Shown here in pieces: positions 62,397-64,000 of a stretch of DNA of 64,000 bases. Source of the stretch: an uncultured Nitrospiraceae bacterium. Lineage in GTDB: Bacteria; Nitrospirota; Nitrospiria; Nitrospirales; Nitrospiraceae. The notes below the pieces were generated by a model, which was not told where the DNA came from, searched no databases, and saw nothing but the letters and a program-made list of their open reading frames with translations. The position numbers were made by a program, and so were the translations under genes. The stretch spans positions 1,632,001-1,696,000 of the forward strand of contig CAVSTP010000004.1 of assembly GCA_963730935.1 (NCBI GenBank), in the 5' to 3' direction. Position 1 is the first letter of the stretch. Every line of letters begins with the position of its first letter.

Positions 62397-63587
62397 TTAG
62401 GATGACGCAGGGCTCAAAGAACGAGACACGTGCTTGTTCCGTTGCTGCGACAGGAGCCTATCATACAGAGATTGATATTGTTTGACCATTTCTTCGATAT
62501 GAAACTCGACGGGCAACCGGTTTGTGTCACCGGTCGCGGGCAAAGCCCCTGCTCCGCGGGCCGACAGCAGGGCTTCGACGCCTGCCGCAAGACCGGCAAG
62601 ATCTCCTACCTCGCACAGCCGCACTCGGTCACGCTGCACGACCGCCTCCTCGACACCGCCTACTCGTGTTGCGACGATCGGCAATCCCGCCGACGCCGCT
62701 TCGAGCATCACTCTAGGAAGTCCCTCCCACCGCGACGTCAACAGCAACAGATCGAAGCAGCCCATGGCTCGAGGAATATCGCGCCGCCAGCCGGCCAAGC
62801 GCACTTTGCCTTGTAAGCCCTTTTCATGGATGAGGGCTTCAATACGCGGGCGCATGGCTCCGTCCCCGATGAGGACAAACCTGGCGCCCGGCAACCTTCC
62901 GCACACGCGCTCGGCAACCGCAATCATGTCTTCGGGCGCCTTTTGAGGCTTGAGGCAGGCCACGGTCCCGATCAGATACTCGCCCGCGCCGATGCCAAAT
63001 TCCTCCCGAAGGCGCTGCCGATCCGCCGGAGAGAGCGGCTGCCGAAACGGGCTCGGATCGATGCCGGGCCTGATGACCGACACATTCGTCGTGAACAATC
63101 CCCATTGCCGTCCATTGCGGGCATCAATATCGGCGACTGTCACCCAGTAGGTGGTGATCCACCCGGTGATCCGTTCAACCAGAATGAAGAGACGCCGGAC
63201 GAAGCCGGGTTGTGCCGGCGTGATCCCAAAGCCATGCACCGTGTGCAGGATCAATGGGACTCCGGCGCACCAGGCCGCCCAGCGGCCGAGGATGCCGGCT
63301 TTCGAACTGTGGGTATGCACGATCGCCGGCTTCACGCGCCGCAGCAATGACACCAACTGCAGAAACGCCAGCAGGTCGCTGATGGCGTGGATGCGCCGGC
63401 CGAGAGAGGGAACGATGAAGGTCTGGACGCCCGGCAGCCGGCGGGCCTCTTGGGTCAGCATCCCACCGGGACCGGCCACCAGGACGGAACGAAACCTCGC
63501 ACGATCCAGATGCGACACGGCATAGAGCGCGACTTCCTGTGCTCCGCCCAGTTCCAGCTTGGTGATGATATGGCAGATGGTATCCAC
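62397..63587 (-). CDS. Glycosyltransferase family 4
   Basis: GGAQE, HTHSSKAG, HTVHG, SRWEGLPRVMLEA. Confidence 0.92.
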   Translation of the reverse strand: MDTICHIITKLELGGAQEVALYAVSHLDRARFRSVLVAGPGGMLTQEARRLPGVQTFIVPSLGRRIHAISDLLAFLQLVSLLRRVKPAIVHTHSSKAGILGRWAAWCAGVPLILHTVHGFGITPAQPGFVRRLFILVERITGWITTYWVTVADIDARNGRQWGLFTTNVSVIRPGIDPSPFRQPLSPADRQRLREEFGIGAGEYLIGTVACLKPQKAPEDMIAVAERVCGRLPGARFVLIGDGAMRPRIEALIHEKGLQGKVRLAGWRRDIPRAMGCFDLLLLTSRWEGLPRVMLEAASAGLPIVATRVGGVEEAVVQRDRVRLCEVGDLAGLAAGVEALLSARGAGALPATGDTNRLPVEFHIEEMVKQYQSLYDRLLSQQRNKHVSRSLSPASS

Positions 63588-63595
63588 GCGAACGC

Positions 63596-64000
63596 CTATG
63601 CGGACTGAGGCTGCGCCCCCTGCGCGTTGAGCCGTTCTGCCAGCCGTTTACCCTGACTGATCGCATCCTCCATAGAGGTATGTTCCCACGCGCCGTAGCG
63701 ACCGATCGAGTAGATGCCCCGCCGCTCCAACTCGGCCAGGATTGCCGGTACCGCACGTGCCCGATGCCGGTCGAAGTAGACATAGGCGTAATGCAGATCT
63801 TTGACGTCGGCGACGACGATGTCATCGCCCGGCGTGAGGATGCCGGCCCGCTCCATCCCGCTCCGCGCGCGTGCCACGAGCTGTTCTGCCGTATGCTGTT
63901 CGGTCGGCCGGTGCGACATTTCCACGTACATTGAGCTGCAGCCTGGCCGTCCGAGGGCGCGCGAAAAATTCATGGGAAACCCGATCCGATAGAACGGATA
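63596..64000 (-). CDS. FAD-dependent oxidoreductase (protoporphyrinogen oxidase/UDP-galactopyranose mutase-like), 5' end outside window
   Basis: Frame open from 64000 (YPFYRIGFP); YAYVYFD and GRYGAWEHTSMEDAI motifs. Confidence 0.72.
   Translation of the reverse strand, partial: YPFYRIGFPMNFSRALGRPGCSSMYVEMSHRPTEQHTAEQLVARARSGMERAGILTPGDDIVVADVKDLHYAYVYFDRHRARAVPAILAELERRGIYSIGRYGAWEHTSMEDAISQGKRLAERLNAQGAQPQSA

Overview
A 64-kb, GC-rich bacterial chromosome segment. Gene content and style suggest a Nitrospira-like organism (inference, not verified). It is mostly housekeeping: a caspase-fold gene end, cytochrome c, rodZ-like/TPR/pfkB/mtnP/miaA/mutL, a full tol-pal cluster with two cpoB-like genes, tRNA-Asp and tRNA-Val, xerD, an LpoA/LppC-like gene, trpS, gltB (frameshifted)/gltD, a polyprenyl synthase, an NtrC-type regulator, amgK-murU, GH57-galT, ttuB/ttuA, a dnaJ-like gene, ilvD and the end of a polysaccharide locus. 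Two accessory stretches lie at about 19.9-31.8 kb (small or exported hypotheticals and c-di-GMP genes) and 48.2-53.0 kb. The most notable observations are: (1) a single-base frameshift in gltB; (2) a dispersed short element with a conserved head and loop but a covarying stem; (3) a 124-bp MITE/REP-like palindrome that supplies the gltD stop codon; (4) about ten genes with apparent leaderless promoters; (5) a near-tandem pair of unknown paralogues inside a PilZ / REC-GGDEF-EAL / P-II-like cluster; (6) a caspase fold lacking its catalytic dyad; (7) a TtuB with a masked C-terminal GG. No CRISPR array, rRNA, transposase or prophage was seen. All family calls come from motif recognition by eye, with no database searches.
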